DNA of 31,214 nucleotides from the NCBI GenBank assembly GCA_017631745.1, contig JAGBSR010000063.1:1-31214 (forward strand), in the 5' to 3' direction. The notes beneath the pieces were generated by a model. The model was not told the DNA's origin. It saw only the letters and a program-made list of their open reading frames with translations, and did no database searches. How positions within the stretch are numbered: position 1 is the first letter of the stretch; the number at the start of each line of letters is the position of its first letter. The position numbers were made by a program, and so were the translations under genes. The DNA is from Clostridia bacterium. GTDB taxonomy: Bacteria > Bacillota > Clostridia > Oscillospirales > Acutalibacteraceae. Positions 18,121 to 26,783 of the stretch are shown here, one piece after another.

Positions 18121-19316
18121 TAATTTTCACCCTGATTATAATTATAGCCGTAAATCAGCTCACGGATTTTTTCTGTAAGCTCATTTGCTGCCGAGAGATT
18201 TGACATATAGCCCGGATGCCCGTCGATAACTATATCGTTTTCACCCATTTTATATGCAATAGTCGTTACCGACACATTATTATCAAAAGAAGCTTCGGAA
18301 TAATTCTTTACCGCCTGCTCAATACAGGAATACATTGAGTTATTCATATCGCCCAGCACACACAGAATGTGAGCATAGGGATTATACTGTCTCACCTGCG
18401 AGATAAAATCGGCATATCTGCGGGTAAATTCCTGTCTGCCGCTTGCACTTTTAGAGCAGTAAGAGGCATCGTTTGTGCCGAGATTTATAACGATTATATC
18501 ACTGTGATTTTCGCTGAAATCCCATAAAATTTCTCTACCGCCATAAAGCAAGCAAGCCTTGTCGTAATAAAGAGGCAGTGTATCTTCAGCGTTTATTCTG
18601 CCGTCTGATGTGTAGCCCGAATAGACACCGAAGCCTGAGAAACAAACTGCACTGTAATCGGCATCAAGATTTTCCGCAGCGATATAGGCATAGCTTTTGG
18701 TGAAGTTTTCCGTGGCTGTGGAAAAATAGCCGTAGGGGTCTGCCTCGTCTATGCCGTATCCGCAGGTAATAGAATCGCCGATAAACTCAATTTTAATATT
18801 CTTTTCCTCGGTGGGCCTTATCCTTTCTTTGCCGTAAACTGCAATGTCACCTATACCCATAGCGGAATACTGAGCCTCTGAAAGTTTGATAATTCTGACA
18901 GTGGTTTCGGTGTTATAGCCATCGAGGGTTATGTGAAATATCTTTTCCCCTTCGGTGAGTATGCTGTCGGTAATAAGCATGCCGTTTTTATATATGGCAA
19001 AACGGGGCTCGTGACCGCCGAGATAATTACCCCCGGAGTCGTCAACAAGGGTTATCATTGCATATTCGCCCTTGCAGATAAATTCCACACCGCTGCCGCT
19101 GTGAGAAAAATATCTCACGCCGTTTTCATAATATGTTCTGCCCAGGGGCTTCACGTTTTCCTTTTCGGCAGAGTACACAGCAAGAGAGGGATTTGTGAAA
19201 ACGGGAATCGGTGACGAAGAGGAGTCGTCTGTGGCATAAAGATAAAGAGCTATGCATAAAAACAAAAGCAAAAACCACAGCAGACATATTCTTATAAATC
19301 TGAAAATCTTTTTCAC
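18120..19316 (-). CDS. Membrane-anchored SGNH/GDSL esterase, CE2-like
   Basis: IEFIGDSITCGYG, VINLGTND, DGHP catalytic blocks; N-terminal TM. Likely GTG start at 19316 after AGGAG; its TAA overlaps the AEC ATG. Confidence 0.82.
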   Translation of the reverse strand: MKKIFRFIRICLLWFLLLFLCIALYLYATDDSSSSPIPVFTNPSLAVYSAEKENVKPLGRTYYENGVRYFSHSGSGVEFICKGEYAMITLVDDSGGNYLGGHEPRFAIYKNGMLITDSILTEGEKIFHITLDGYNTETTVRIIKLSEAQYSAMGIGDIAVYGKERIRPTEEKNIKIEFIGDSITCGYGIDEADPYGYFSTATENFTKSYAYIAAENLDADYSAVCFSGFGVYSGYTSDGRINAEDTLPLYYDKACLLYGGREILWDFSENHSDIIVINLGTNDASYCSKSASGRQEFTRRYADFISQVRQYNPYAHILCVLGDMNNSMYSCIEQAVKNYSEASFDNNVSVTTIAYKMGENDIVIDGHPGYMSNLSAANELTEKIRELIYGYNYNQGEN

Positions 19317-19351
19317 ACCGACTCTCCTTTCCCGCATAATCAATCATTGTA

Positions 19352-19380
19352 ATTATATATAATTATTGTTTCTATGTCAA
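19352..19380 (-). promoter_or_regulatory. Sigma-A promoter of the esterase-AEC unit
   Basis: Perfect TTGACA-17 nt-TATAAT. Confidence 0.8.
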
Positions 19381-19389
19381 ATAATTTAT

Positions 19390-19422
19390 AAAAAACACAA
19401 GCCGGGAAAAAATCCCGACTTG
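19390..19422 (-). terminator. Terminator after the GH30 gene
   Basis: Minus strand CAAGTCGGGA...TCCCGGCTTG followed by TGTTTTTTAT. Confidence 0.7.
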
Positions 19423-19429
19423 CATAAAA

Positions 19430-20964
19430 TTATCTTTCAAATACAACTGTTGTGATACTCTTTTCACCGATGGTGATTTGCTTGTGACCCTTGGTTTCGC
19501 TTGTGAGCTCGAGCTCTCTTTCAGCGTCGGTGGTATATACCTTGGCATCATAGCCGAGCATATTGAAGGAAACCTCTTTGTCACCGCCTTCGTTGACGAT
19601 AACCGCAACATAGTTGCCCTCGGGGGTCTTATAAGCTGAAACTGTCAGATAGTTTTCAACTTTATAATTCTGATAAGCCTTGTCGTTTACCCAGAAAGGC
19701 CAATCGTTGAATTCAGTCGCGGTCATATCACCGACACTTATGTCAGTATCAACAACACGGCTGCCCACAGGAACAAACTTGGTATAATGCCCCATAGCAT
19801 AGTATCTTTTGGAAACAGCATAGTCTTCATAGCTGTCATAAACAGCTATCATTGAGTCAGCTCTGTTGCCGCCCTCATTGACAGCAACCCAGGTTGACCA
19901 GGAATTTACACCGGTATGAGCTATATCTTCACCGATGGTACGGGCCATAATAAGACCTGCTGTAATGTCGTCAATATCGTGCTGACAGGGAAGCTCACAC
20001 CATTCGCTCATTTCAAGCTCAAGGCAAGGATAGTTCATATTGATATACTCACCGAAAGCATCTTTGAGAAGAAAGTCTCTGTCTGTCCAATAGCTGTGAT
20101 AAGCATAGGTACCGAGTACATCTCTGATATCTTCATCAGCATAGAGCTTCTCAAGACACTCAATGGCGTGTTCGCCCACCTGACCGCTTTCAAGAGCAGA
20201 GATCTTTACATCCATATTTCTCTCTTTGATTTCAAGAGCGAAAAGACGGATAACTTCAACGGCTTCATCAATTTCGTAATGACAGCCTTCCTGTCCGACC
20301 CAACCGCCGCCCCAGTCCCACTGAGGCTCATTGATGGGGCTGATATTCTTTACGGGAACGCCCTTATCAATGAAATATTGGGTAATATCAAGAAATACTC
20401 AACGAAATCCTGATAGCATTCTTTCTTGAGATTTGACTGCGCAGGCTCAAGACCGCCTGAAGCGTTACCCGATACACACATTGAATAGTGAGGTGAGTTG
20501 GCGAACATTACAACTGTATCAACACAGCCATAACTGAGCACCATATCAAGAATATTCTGCGCTGCAGCATCCTTGCTCCAGTCATAAACCCAATCCTGCT
20601 CTTCTTCGCTCCATACAAGGAAGCTTTCAGTAGCTCTTGATGATTCCTTCCAAAGGCGGCCTGTGGGGTCGTCTTTAGAACCACCGCCGATATTGTAACG
20701 GTAGATATTAAGACCGAGACCCTCTTCGCTGAAGAGTAGCTTTGTCACTTCTTCAGCACTTTCGCATTCGCCTAATTTCTGAGCCCACCAACAGCCTGAG
20801 GTACCCCAACCTGTGATTTCCTGCTCAAGTGAAACTTTATCGAGTTTGATTCTGGTTTTATCGGCACTGATACCGAAGAAACCTGCGATGTTTACCATAA
20901 TGTAAATAATTACAAGAAATGAGTAAACATATCTTTCACGGAATCTGATCCAATTTTTAAACAT
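19430..20964 (-). pseudogene. GH30-like glycoside hydrolase split by a -1 frameshift near 20393 (pseudogene or sequencing error)
   Basis: 5' ORF has GWGTSGCWWA and GLGLNIYRYNIGGG. The -1 frame is open from 20398 and reads FLDITQYFIDKGVPVKNISPINEPQW (acid/base NEP) straight into ORF 19430..20215, which carries LEMSEW. Confidence 0.8.
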
Positions 20965-20975
20965 AATTTTACCTC

Positions 20976-22196
20976 TTATTCAAGGTTTTCTCTCTGTGCT
21001 GAATAATTGATACTGATTGACTTTTTGAAGAGCATATAGTCATACTGAGGTCTCCATGAGTCACCGCACTTGACATCTTTGAATGCATCTTCGTCAGCAG
21101 CAACGTTCATTTCTGTTACACCCTTAAGCTCACCACCCTCTTCATAGAGAGTGTCCCAGAAAGCGTGATGTCCGATATAAGTTACACTTGAGGGAATGTA
21201 AACATAAGGTAATTCCTGATTGTAGCTGACAGCGTCTGAGCCGATATATTCAAGACCCTCGGGAAGTGAAAGGTACACTTCACCTAAAGCTTCCTGAGAT
21301 GTGAAAGCTGAATCAAGGATTTCAGCATCTGTCTTATAGGAATAGATGTTGTCAAGTGAGGGTGTGTTACTCCACTGATCCTTAGGCTCGTGAAGCTTGA
21401 AGAGTGCAAGAGTTTCAATTCTCTTGAGACCCTCGGGAAGATAGATTCTTCTGAGGTTTGTGTAGTTCATTGAAAGCTCACCGAGAGTTTCAACTGTTGC
21501 GGGTACAACATAAGTCTGAATATCTCTGATGTATTCTTCTGTGGCATCTGCTCTGTAAGGCTCTGTTTCATAACCGAACTTTGTTCTTAAGTACTGGTCG
21601 TGGTTGGGCGGATAGCAGATAAGAGTCTTCATATCCTTACTGTAAAGTACACCGTCTAAGTCGCAGTAGTTGGGGTTGTTTTCGTCAACCTCAATTCTCT
21701 GGAGCGCCCAGCAGGAATAGAATGACTTGCCGTCAATTTCGAGCACCTCGGGACCGATATTGATAACTTCAACAACACCGTCACAGTTGAGCGCGTATTC
21801 GCGGATTGATGTGATAGGCATTGTCTCATCCTTGATGAATGTGAAGTTTGAGGTTACATCGGGGTTTTCCTGATCGTATTCGATTTCTGTAACATAATCA
21901 ATGGTGATTTCTTTAATATAACCTGTGTTGCTGAATTTTGAGAACTCATAGCCCTGACTGTTTTCTTTATACTCAAAAGTATCGCTCTGTACTGTTCTTA
22001 CGCTGAAATAGCATGAAAGTGAAACAGCGATAAGAATGATAATTGCAAGTAACGCCTTCTTTGCGCCCGCATTTTTATAAGGCTTGCCGATATGAGGAGC
22101 TGCAAGACCCTCTACCTGATAAGTCCAGATTTCGTCGTCGGGAATATTGATAACCTGATCGAGTTCTTCTGTATTGTCAATCTTTTTCTTACTCAT
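20976..22196 (-). CDS. Membrane-anchored leucine-rich-repeat (BspA/LRR_5-like) protein
   Basis: TM at about residues 48-66; repeats such as SFYSCWALQRIEVDENNPNY, YLPEGLKRIETLA, SLPEGLEYIGSDA, YIPSSVTYIGHHAF. Confidence 0.75.
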   Translation of the reverse strand: MSKKKIDNTEELDQVINIPDDEIWTYQVEGLAAPHIGKPYKNAGAKKALLAIIILIAVSLSCYFSVRTVQSDTFEYKENSQGYEFSKFSNTGYIKEITIDYVTEIEYDQENPDVTSNFTFIKDETMPITSIREYALNCDGVVEVINIGPEVLEIDGKSFYSCWALQRIEVDENNPNYCDLDGVLYSKDMKTLICYPPNHDQYLRTKFGYETEPYRADATEEYIRDIQTYVVPATVETLGELSMNYTNLRRIYLPEGLKRIETLALFKLHEPKDQWSNTPSLDNIYSYKTDAEILDSAFTSQEALGEVYLSLPEGLEYIGSDAVSYNQELPYVYIPSSVTYIGHHAFWDTLYEEGGELKGVTEMNVAADEDAFKDVKCGDSWRPQYDYMLFKKSISINYSAQRENLE

Positions 22197-22208
22197 ATTC
22201 TCGCCTCC

Positions 22209-23978
22209 TTAACCTGTATATACGCCATCGGTTGAAACGCCCTCTTCTTCAGCCTTCTTCTGAGTAACCTCAGCACGGCGCTTGAGAACTTCCATAACCA
22301 TATTCTGCTTCTTGCTGTCGTAGTCCCAGAAGAGATAGGGAATAGTCATAAGAGCGAAACCGATTACGTCAACGATGATGGGAATAGCAATAATACTTCT
22401 TCTTGAAGCGTCTACAAACAGAACTTCCCAGTTACTGTTGAAGCCGAACTTAAGAAGGAAGATAGGAATGATAAGACCTACAAATGAGGTAATGGGGCCT
22501 GTGAACCAGCCGAAGATACCTGCAAAGCTTTCGAGTCTTTCACCTGAAAGATACATCTGATAGTCGCCGATACGAACGTTCATATCGTGACCTGCAGTTG
22601 TGGGAACTGTCTTTGTCATTTCCATAAAGAAGAGAACTACAATACAGATAGTACCGCAAAGACTGAGGTTGTCACCGCAGAACCAGATAGCAGCAGCAAT
22701 TGCAGCGTTACCGATAGCACGGGACAGCTGATAGAATATCATAATCTGCTTGTATGAGAATCTCTTAAGGAAATAGGGTGACAGGAAATCAGGCGGTGTG
22801 CCTGCAAATGAAACAAGTGCAACAATAAGGCTGTAGGGAAGACCTGACAGACGGAATGTGTAGAGATAAAGAATTGTTACAAAGGGAAGCATACCGTTAC
22901 CCAGTGAGTCAATAAGACCTACGACGGTATTGATAAGCAGATACTTGTTTCTCAGTACACCGAAAAGACCGTCCCAGAATTTAATCTCAACCTTCTTTTC
23001 AATGGGTGGCTGAGGAATTCTTTCCTTGATTCTGCCTGCAAAGAACATTGTAAATACTGCAAATGCAATAAATGTGATGGGGATAATATATCTGTAAAGG
23101 TTGATATCAGCCCATTCATATCTGAGCATACCTACAAATACAGGCAGGATAATAGCAATAATTGAGTGTGCGAAATGTGACATCTTGATAGGATAGCTTC
23201 TTACGAAAATTCTTTCCTGAAGGTTGGGGCTGATACTCTTTGTGCAGGTTTCAAGCACATTACCGAAACCGAATACGTTATATGTAGCAAAGAGAAGGTT
23301 TGCAACCCATACTCTAGTTGCAACATCGGGGATGTTGTAAACGGGAAGCCAACCGATAAGAACAACCATTATGCACTTGGGGATAACGTCTGAGTAAAGT
23401 GAATACTTATAACGGCCGAATTTCGGAATAAGCTTTTTACGCCAGAAAATGTTACGTGCGCCTACCCAACCTGAATAAAGGAAGTGGGTACCGAAGGTCT
23501 TGAAGCAGGCTGTAGCATTCATACCCTCAAGACCGTTGAGATATGTAATAAAGGGACTTGTAGGATTGAAAAGTGAAGTATAGTCGAAAACTATAGTCGA
23601 TATGCCAAACAGGGCCATGGCTATGTAGACTGCGTATATTTTCCGCTCGGTTTTCTTTGGCAGGAAGCCGAGGTTATCACAAACAAACCACCAGATAAGA
23701 GCTGTAATATAGCCTAAAGGCATATTGATGATACCGATTACCGAGAAGGTAAGGTAAGGCAGCTTATAGTGGTGCATGATAAGATAGCAGCTTGCCCAGA
23801 AACCGATGTATTCGAGAATCTTTGAGCCTGCATAGTTACTGCCGACAGCGATGAATATATCCTTATACTCTTTATAAGGAACATATTTGCCCTCAGCAGG
23901 GGTGTTCCAATGGGTCTTTATCTCTGTGGCAAGACCTTTGACCTTACCCATAAGTGACCCACCTGAATTGTTACTCAT
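22209..23978 (-). CDS. MFS-type (GPH/MFS_2-like) sugar transporter, 589 aa
   Basis: Twelve or more hydrophobic segments; KFGRYK loop, ISPNLQER, GERLES motifs reminiscent of glycoside symporters. Confidence 0.72.
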   Translation of the reverse strand: MSNNSGGSLMGKVKGLATEIKTHWNTPAEGKYVPYKEYKDIFIAVGSNYAGSKILEYIGFWASCYLIMHHYKLPYLTFSVIGIINMPLGYITALIWWFVCDNLGFLPKKTERKIYAVYIAMALFGISTIVFDYTSLFNPTSPFITYLNGLEGMNATACFKTFGTHFLYSGWVGARNIFWRKKLIPKFGRYKYSLYSDVIPKCIMVVLIGWLPVYNIPDVATRVWVANLLFATYNVFGFGNVLETCTKSISPNLQERIFVRSYPIKMSHFAHSIIAIILPVFVGMLRYEWADINLYRYIIPITFIAFAVFTMFFAGRIKERIPQPPIEKKVEIKFWDGLFGVLRNKYLLINTVVGLIDSLGNGMLPFVTILYLYTFRLSGLPYSLIVALVSFAGTPPDFLSPYFLKRFSYKQIMIFYQLSRAIGNAAIAAAIWFCGDNLSLCGTICIVVLFFMEMTKTVPTTAGHDMNVRIGDYQMYLSGERLESFAGIFGWFTGPITSFVGLIIPIFLLKFGFNSNWEVLFVDASRRSIIAIPIIVDVIGFALMTIPYLFWDYDSKKQNMVMEVLKRRAEVTQKKAEEEGVSTDGVYTG

Positions 23979-24011
23979 TGGATATTTCCTCCTTTAATTT
24001 ATTCACCATAC

Positions 24012-24040
24012 ATTTTAACAGATTTAACCTCAAAGGTCAA
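24012..24040 (-). promoter_or_regulatory. Putative sigma-A promoter of MFS-LRR-GH30
   Basis: TTGACC-17 nt-TAAAAT with a TG extension. Confidence 0.65.
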
Positions 24041-24082
24041 CAAATATAGTGCAATTGTTTTTAAAAAAATTATATAAATTGT

Positions 24083-24116
24083 AAAAAAGGCAGAGGTTTC
24101 TAATTCCTCTGCCTTT
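24083..24116 (-). terminator. Terminator after dapB
   Basis: AAAGGCAGAGG/CCTCTGCCTTT stem with a T tract on the minus strand. Confidence 0.85.
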
Positions 24117-24123
24117 AGCTTGT

Positions 24124-24864
24124 TTATTCAAGGATATTATCCATATTGTAGAAACCATTTTCCTGCTGTATGAGGAATTCTGCCGCCGATACTGCGCCGT
24201 CAGCAAAAAGACTTCTGTTTTCTGCTTCGTGCTTTAAGGTGATAACCTGTGAGCCCATAGCAAAGATGATTTCGTGAGTGCCAACCTCACTGCCCATACG
24301 AAGTGAGTGGATACCGATTTCTTTTTTGTCTCTCTTGCCGTAATCGCTTCTGCCGATAACATATTCAGCGTCGGTCTTTACGGTTTTGATAGCATCTGCA
24401 AGAAGAATTGCTGTGCCGCTGGGTACGTCAAGTTTCTGATTGTGGTGCTTTTCGACGATTTCGATATCAGCATCGGGGAATGCCTTAGCGGCAATCTTTG
24501 CAAGGCAGGAAAGAAGTGCAACACCCAGGGACATATTCTGTGAATAGAACACGGGGATGCTGTCTGCAGCGCCCTTGATGATGGCAAGCTCAGCCTCACT
24601 CTGACCTGTTGTAGCCACAACAACGGGGAGATTTCTCTTTACTGCATAGCCCATAACATCAGCTGTTGCAAGATGGTTTGAGAAGTCAATGATGCAATCT
24701 GCTTCGCCCTCAAACTCGCGGATATTGTTATAGATATTCTGTGCCTTATCGGTTGCGAACTCCATACTGCAGTATGCTGCAACTGTATGCTTTTCGCTGT
24801 TTTCGATGATGCTTGACAGAGCCTTGCCCATTCTGCCGCCTGCACCGTTGATTATTATTTTCAT
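24124..24864 (-). CDS. dapB: 4-hydroxy-tetrahydrodipicolinate reductase
   Basis: INGAGGRMG, IIDFS, VVATTG, EKHHNQKLDVPSGTA. Start moved to ATG 24864 after GAAGG. Confidence 0.95.
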   Translation of the reverse strand: MKIIINGAGGRMGKALSSIIENSEKHTVAAYCSMEFATDKAQNIYNNIREFEGEADCIIDFSNHLATADVMGYAVKRNLPVVVATTGQSEAELAIIKGAADSIPVFYSQNMSLGVALLSCLAKIAAKAFPDADIEIVEKHHNQKLDVPSGTAILLADAIKTVKTDAEYVIGRSDYGKRDKKEIGIHSLRMGSEVGTHEIIFAMGSQVITLKHEAENRSLFADGAVSAAEFLIQQENGFYNMDNILE

Positions 24865-24910
24865 AAATTTACCTTCTTCAATTAAGGTGACAGCAATCGG
24901 AGTGAACAAG

Positions 24911-25016
24911 TCTTAAATGTCCGATTTCCTGCCACTTTGAAATTTTCCTCCTCACATTATGCGAGTGTAGCTTCGTTGCAAAAATCCCAAATGCACCCAA
25001 ATTCGGGCATTTAAGA
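24911..25016. repeat. Long imperfect palindrome 1 in the dapA-dapB spacer
   Basis: TCTTAAATGTCCGATTT (24911-24927) pairs with AAATTCGGGCATTTAAGA (24999-25016). Confidence 0.5.
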
Positions 25017-25023
25017 TCTTTGA

Positions 25024-25130
25024 GTTCAGAACGAGAAGATTTTCGTCATGTCAAGGCAAAAGCCGCAGGCAATACTTGCGTATTGGCAAGGCTTTTAACG
25101 CAGAGATGGCGGAAATATACCGTGCTGAAC
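25024..25130. repeat. Long imperfect palindrome 2 in the dapA-dapB spacer
   Basis: Nested pairs GTTCAGAACG/CGTGCTGAAC, ATTTTCGTCAT/ATGGCGGAAAT, AAAAGCC/GGCTTTT, AATAC/GTATT. Confidence 0.55.
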
Positions 25131-25157
25131 CTTGTTTACTTCGTTTGATGTTACCTC

Positions 25158-26048
25158 TTAAACGTCGAGGCCTGCTTCACGCATTCTGTCGAGAAGTACT
25201 GCCTTTGTTGCATCTTCCATTACTGTAAGGGGAAGTCTTACATAGTCTTCGCAGAAGCCCATAGCTGCCATAGCTGCCTTTGCGGGAATGGGGTTAACCT
25301 CGCTGAAGAGAGCCTTGATAAGACCGAAATATTTGAACTGCATTTCAGCTGCGCCCTTTACATCGCCGCCGAGGAACTTGTGTACCATTTCTGATGTTTC
25401 CTTGGGAAGTACGTTTGAAAGAACTGAGATTACGCCCTTACCGCCAACTGACATAAGAGGAATAATCTGGTCGTCGTTACCTGAATAAAGGTCGAGCTTG
25501 TCGCCGCAAAGAGCCATTGTCTCTGTGATTTTGTCAATCTGACCGTTAGCTTCCTTGATACCCTGAATCATGGGGTGGTCAGCGAGAGCTGCATATGTAG
25601 CGGGCTCAATGTTTACGCCTGTTCTTGAGGGTACATTGTAAAGGATAACGGGCTTTGTTGATGCATCTGCAATAGCAGTGAACATCTTGATAAGACCCTT
25701 CTGTGTAGCCTTATTGTAGTAAGGTGTAACAACAAGCATAGCGTCACAGCCGATTTCACAAGCGTATTTTGTAAGGTCGATAGCATAATCTGTATCGTTT
25801 GAGCCTGTACCTGCAATAACGGGTACTCTGCCGTCAACAACCTCAACAGCAAACTTGAGAACATCTCTGTGCTCCTCGTCTGTAAGAGTTGAAGCTTCAC
25901 CTGAGGTACCTGCAATAACGAGAGCGTCGATGCCCTCTTCAATCTGCCAGTTGATGAGCTTTCTGAAATTTTCGTAGTCAACACCGCTCTGAGTCATAGG
26001 TGTGATGAGTGCTGATGCAGCACCGGTAAAAATAGGCTTTCTTTCCAT
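25158..26048 (-). CDS. dapA: 4-hydroxy-tetrahydrodipicolinate synthase
   Basis: GTSGEASTL, IAGTGSN, VTPYYNK, LYNVPSRTG, GIKEA, EVNPIPAK. True start ATG 26048 follows AAGGAG. Confidence 0.97.
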   Translation of the reverse strand: MERKPIFTGAASALITPMTQSGVDYENFRKLINWQIEEGIDALVIAGTSGEASTLTDEEHRDVLKFAVEVVDGRVPVIAGTGSNDTDYAIDLTKYACEIGCDAMLVVTPYYNKATQKGLIKMFTAIADASTKPVILYNVPSRTGVNIEPATYAALADHPMIQGIKEANGQIDKITETMALCGDKLDLYSGNDDQIIPLMSVGGKGVISVLSNVLPKETSEMVHKFLGGDVKGAAEMQFKYFGLIKALFSEVNPIPAKAAMAAMGFCEDYVRLPLTVMEDATKAVLLDRMREAGLDV

Positions 26049-26127
26049 TTTGATAATCTCCTTATATAAAGATATATTTCCGAATTTCAAATTAACATAG
26101 ATTAAAATACTGTCGGTATACCCGACC

Positions 26128-26159
26128 AAAATAAAACACCCGATATTTGCATCGAGTGT
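26128..26159 (-). terminator. Attenuator terminator in the dapA leader
   Basis: Minus strand ACACTCGAT-GCAAAT-ATCGGGTGT followed by TTTATTTT, between the riboswitch and the dapA RBS. Confidence 0.65.
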
Positions 26160-26229
26160 AATACAGCTCAGAAAACAACAGTTTCCGACGATAAGTGATG
26201 AAATATAAGTTTCAAAACCTATCTCAATT

Positions 26230-26390
26230 ATAATAGCACTCCGCAAATGCGACAGTCGGACAAATCTTATTTCATCCGCCCAGGTTGTCTTTCGCCTGAC
26301 ACCTTCGGCAGCAACCCCTTTCACTTCGGCGAGTCTTGCGAGGACTCCTTCAAATGCAAAGCTAATGATGATTAACTGCGCCTCTATCTT
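26230..26390 (-). ncRNA. Lysine riboswitch (L-box)
   Basis: Minus strand ATAGAGGCGC...GAAAGGGG...GCCGAA...CTGGG...CTGTC...GGAGTGCTAT with P1 pairing, upstream of dapA-dapB. Confidence 0.92.
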
Positions 26391-26413
26391 TAATTATTTA
26401 TTCGGTTTAGTGA

Positions 26414-26442
26414 AGTTTAGCACTATTTTCATAATATGTCAA
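26414..26442 (-). promoter_or_regulatory. Sigma-A promoter of the riboswitch-dapAB transcript
   Basis: TTGACA-17 nt-TAAACT with a TG extension, just upstream of the aptamer. Confidence 0.7.
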
Positions 26443-26457
26443 TAGAAAAACTGCAAT

Positions 26458-26781
26458 TTAGTCCTTAAAAGAGCTAAAAAATTCCCAAATGCTCTCAAAA
26501 AAGAAAACCGTGCAGGAAAAAGGCGTAAAATAAAGGTAATTGCGGTATCTGCCGAGACTCTTAAGCTCAGAAAAATCAAGGCTGTAATTCTTGCCGTCAA
26601 CGGTCATACTGATTGCATCCGATGTGCTGTTGAGAGTCATAACCGCATAGGGCGTGAAATAGGAATTGAAGTCGCTTCTCTGCTTGGCGGTTATAGCACC
26701 CGCAATAAGACACAAAAGGCAGGTCAGCACAACACTCTTTAAAAGAAAGGCTGGCAGTATCTTTTTCATTTCTCTGTTCAT
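26458..26781 (-). CDS. Small membrane-associated hypothetical protein downstream of spoIIP
   Basis: 107 aa; GAGGAG RBS; N-terminal hydrophobic helix. Confidence 0.7.
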   Translation of the reverse strand: MNREMKKILPAFLLKSVVLTCLLCLIAGAITAKQRSDFNSYFTPYAVMTLNSTSDAISMTVDGKNYSLDFSELKSLGRYRNYLYFTPFSCTVFFFESIWEFFSSFKD

Positions 26782-26783
26782 AT

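Noticed and set aside
26049-26324. 92-aa N-terminal extension of DapA given by the ORF track
   Set aside because: It runs through the riboswitch and attenuator; a strong RBS precedes ATG 26048.
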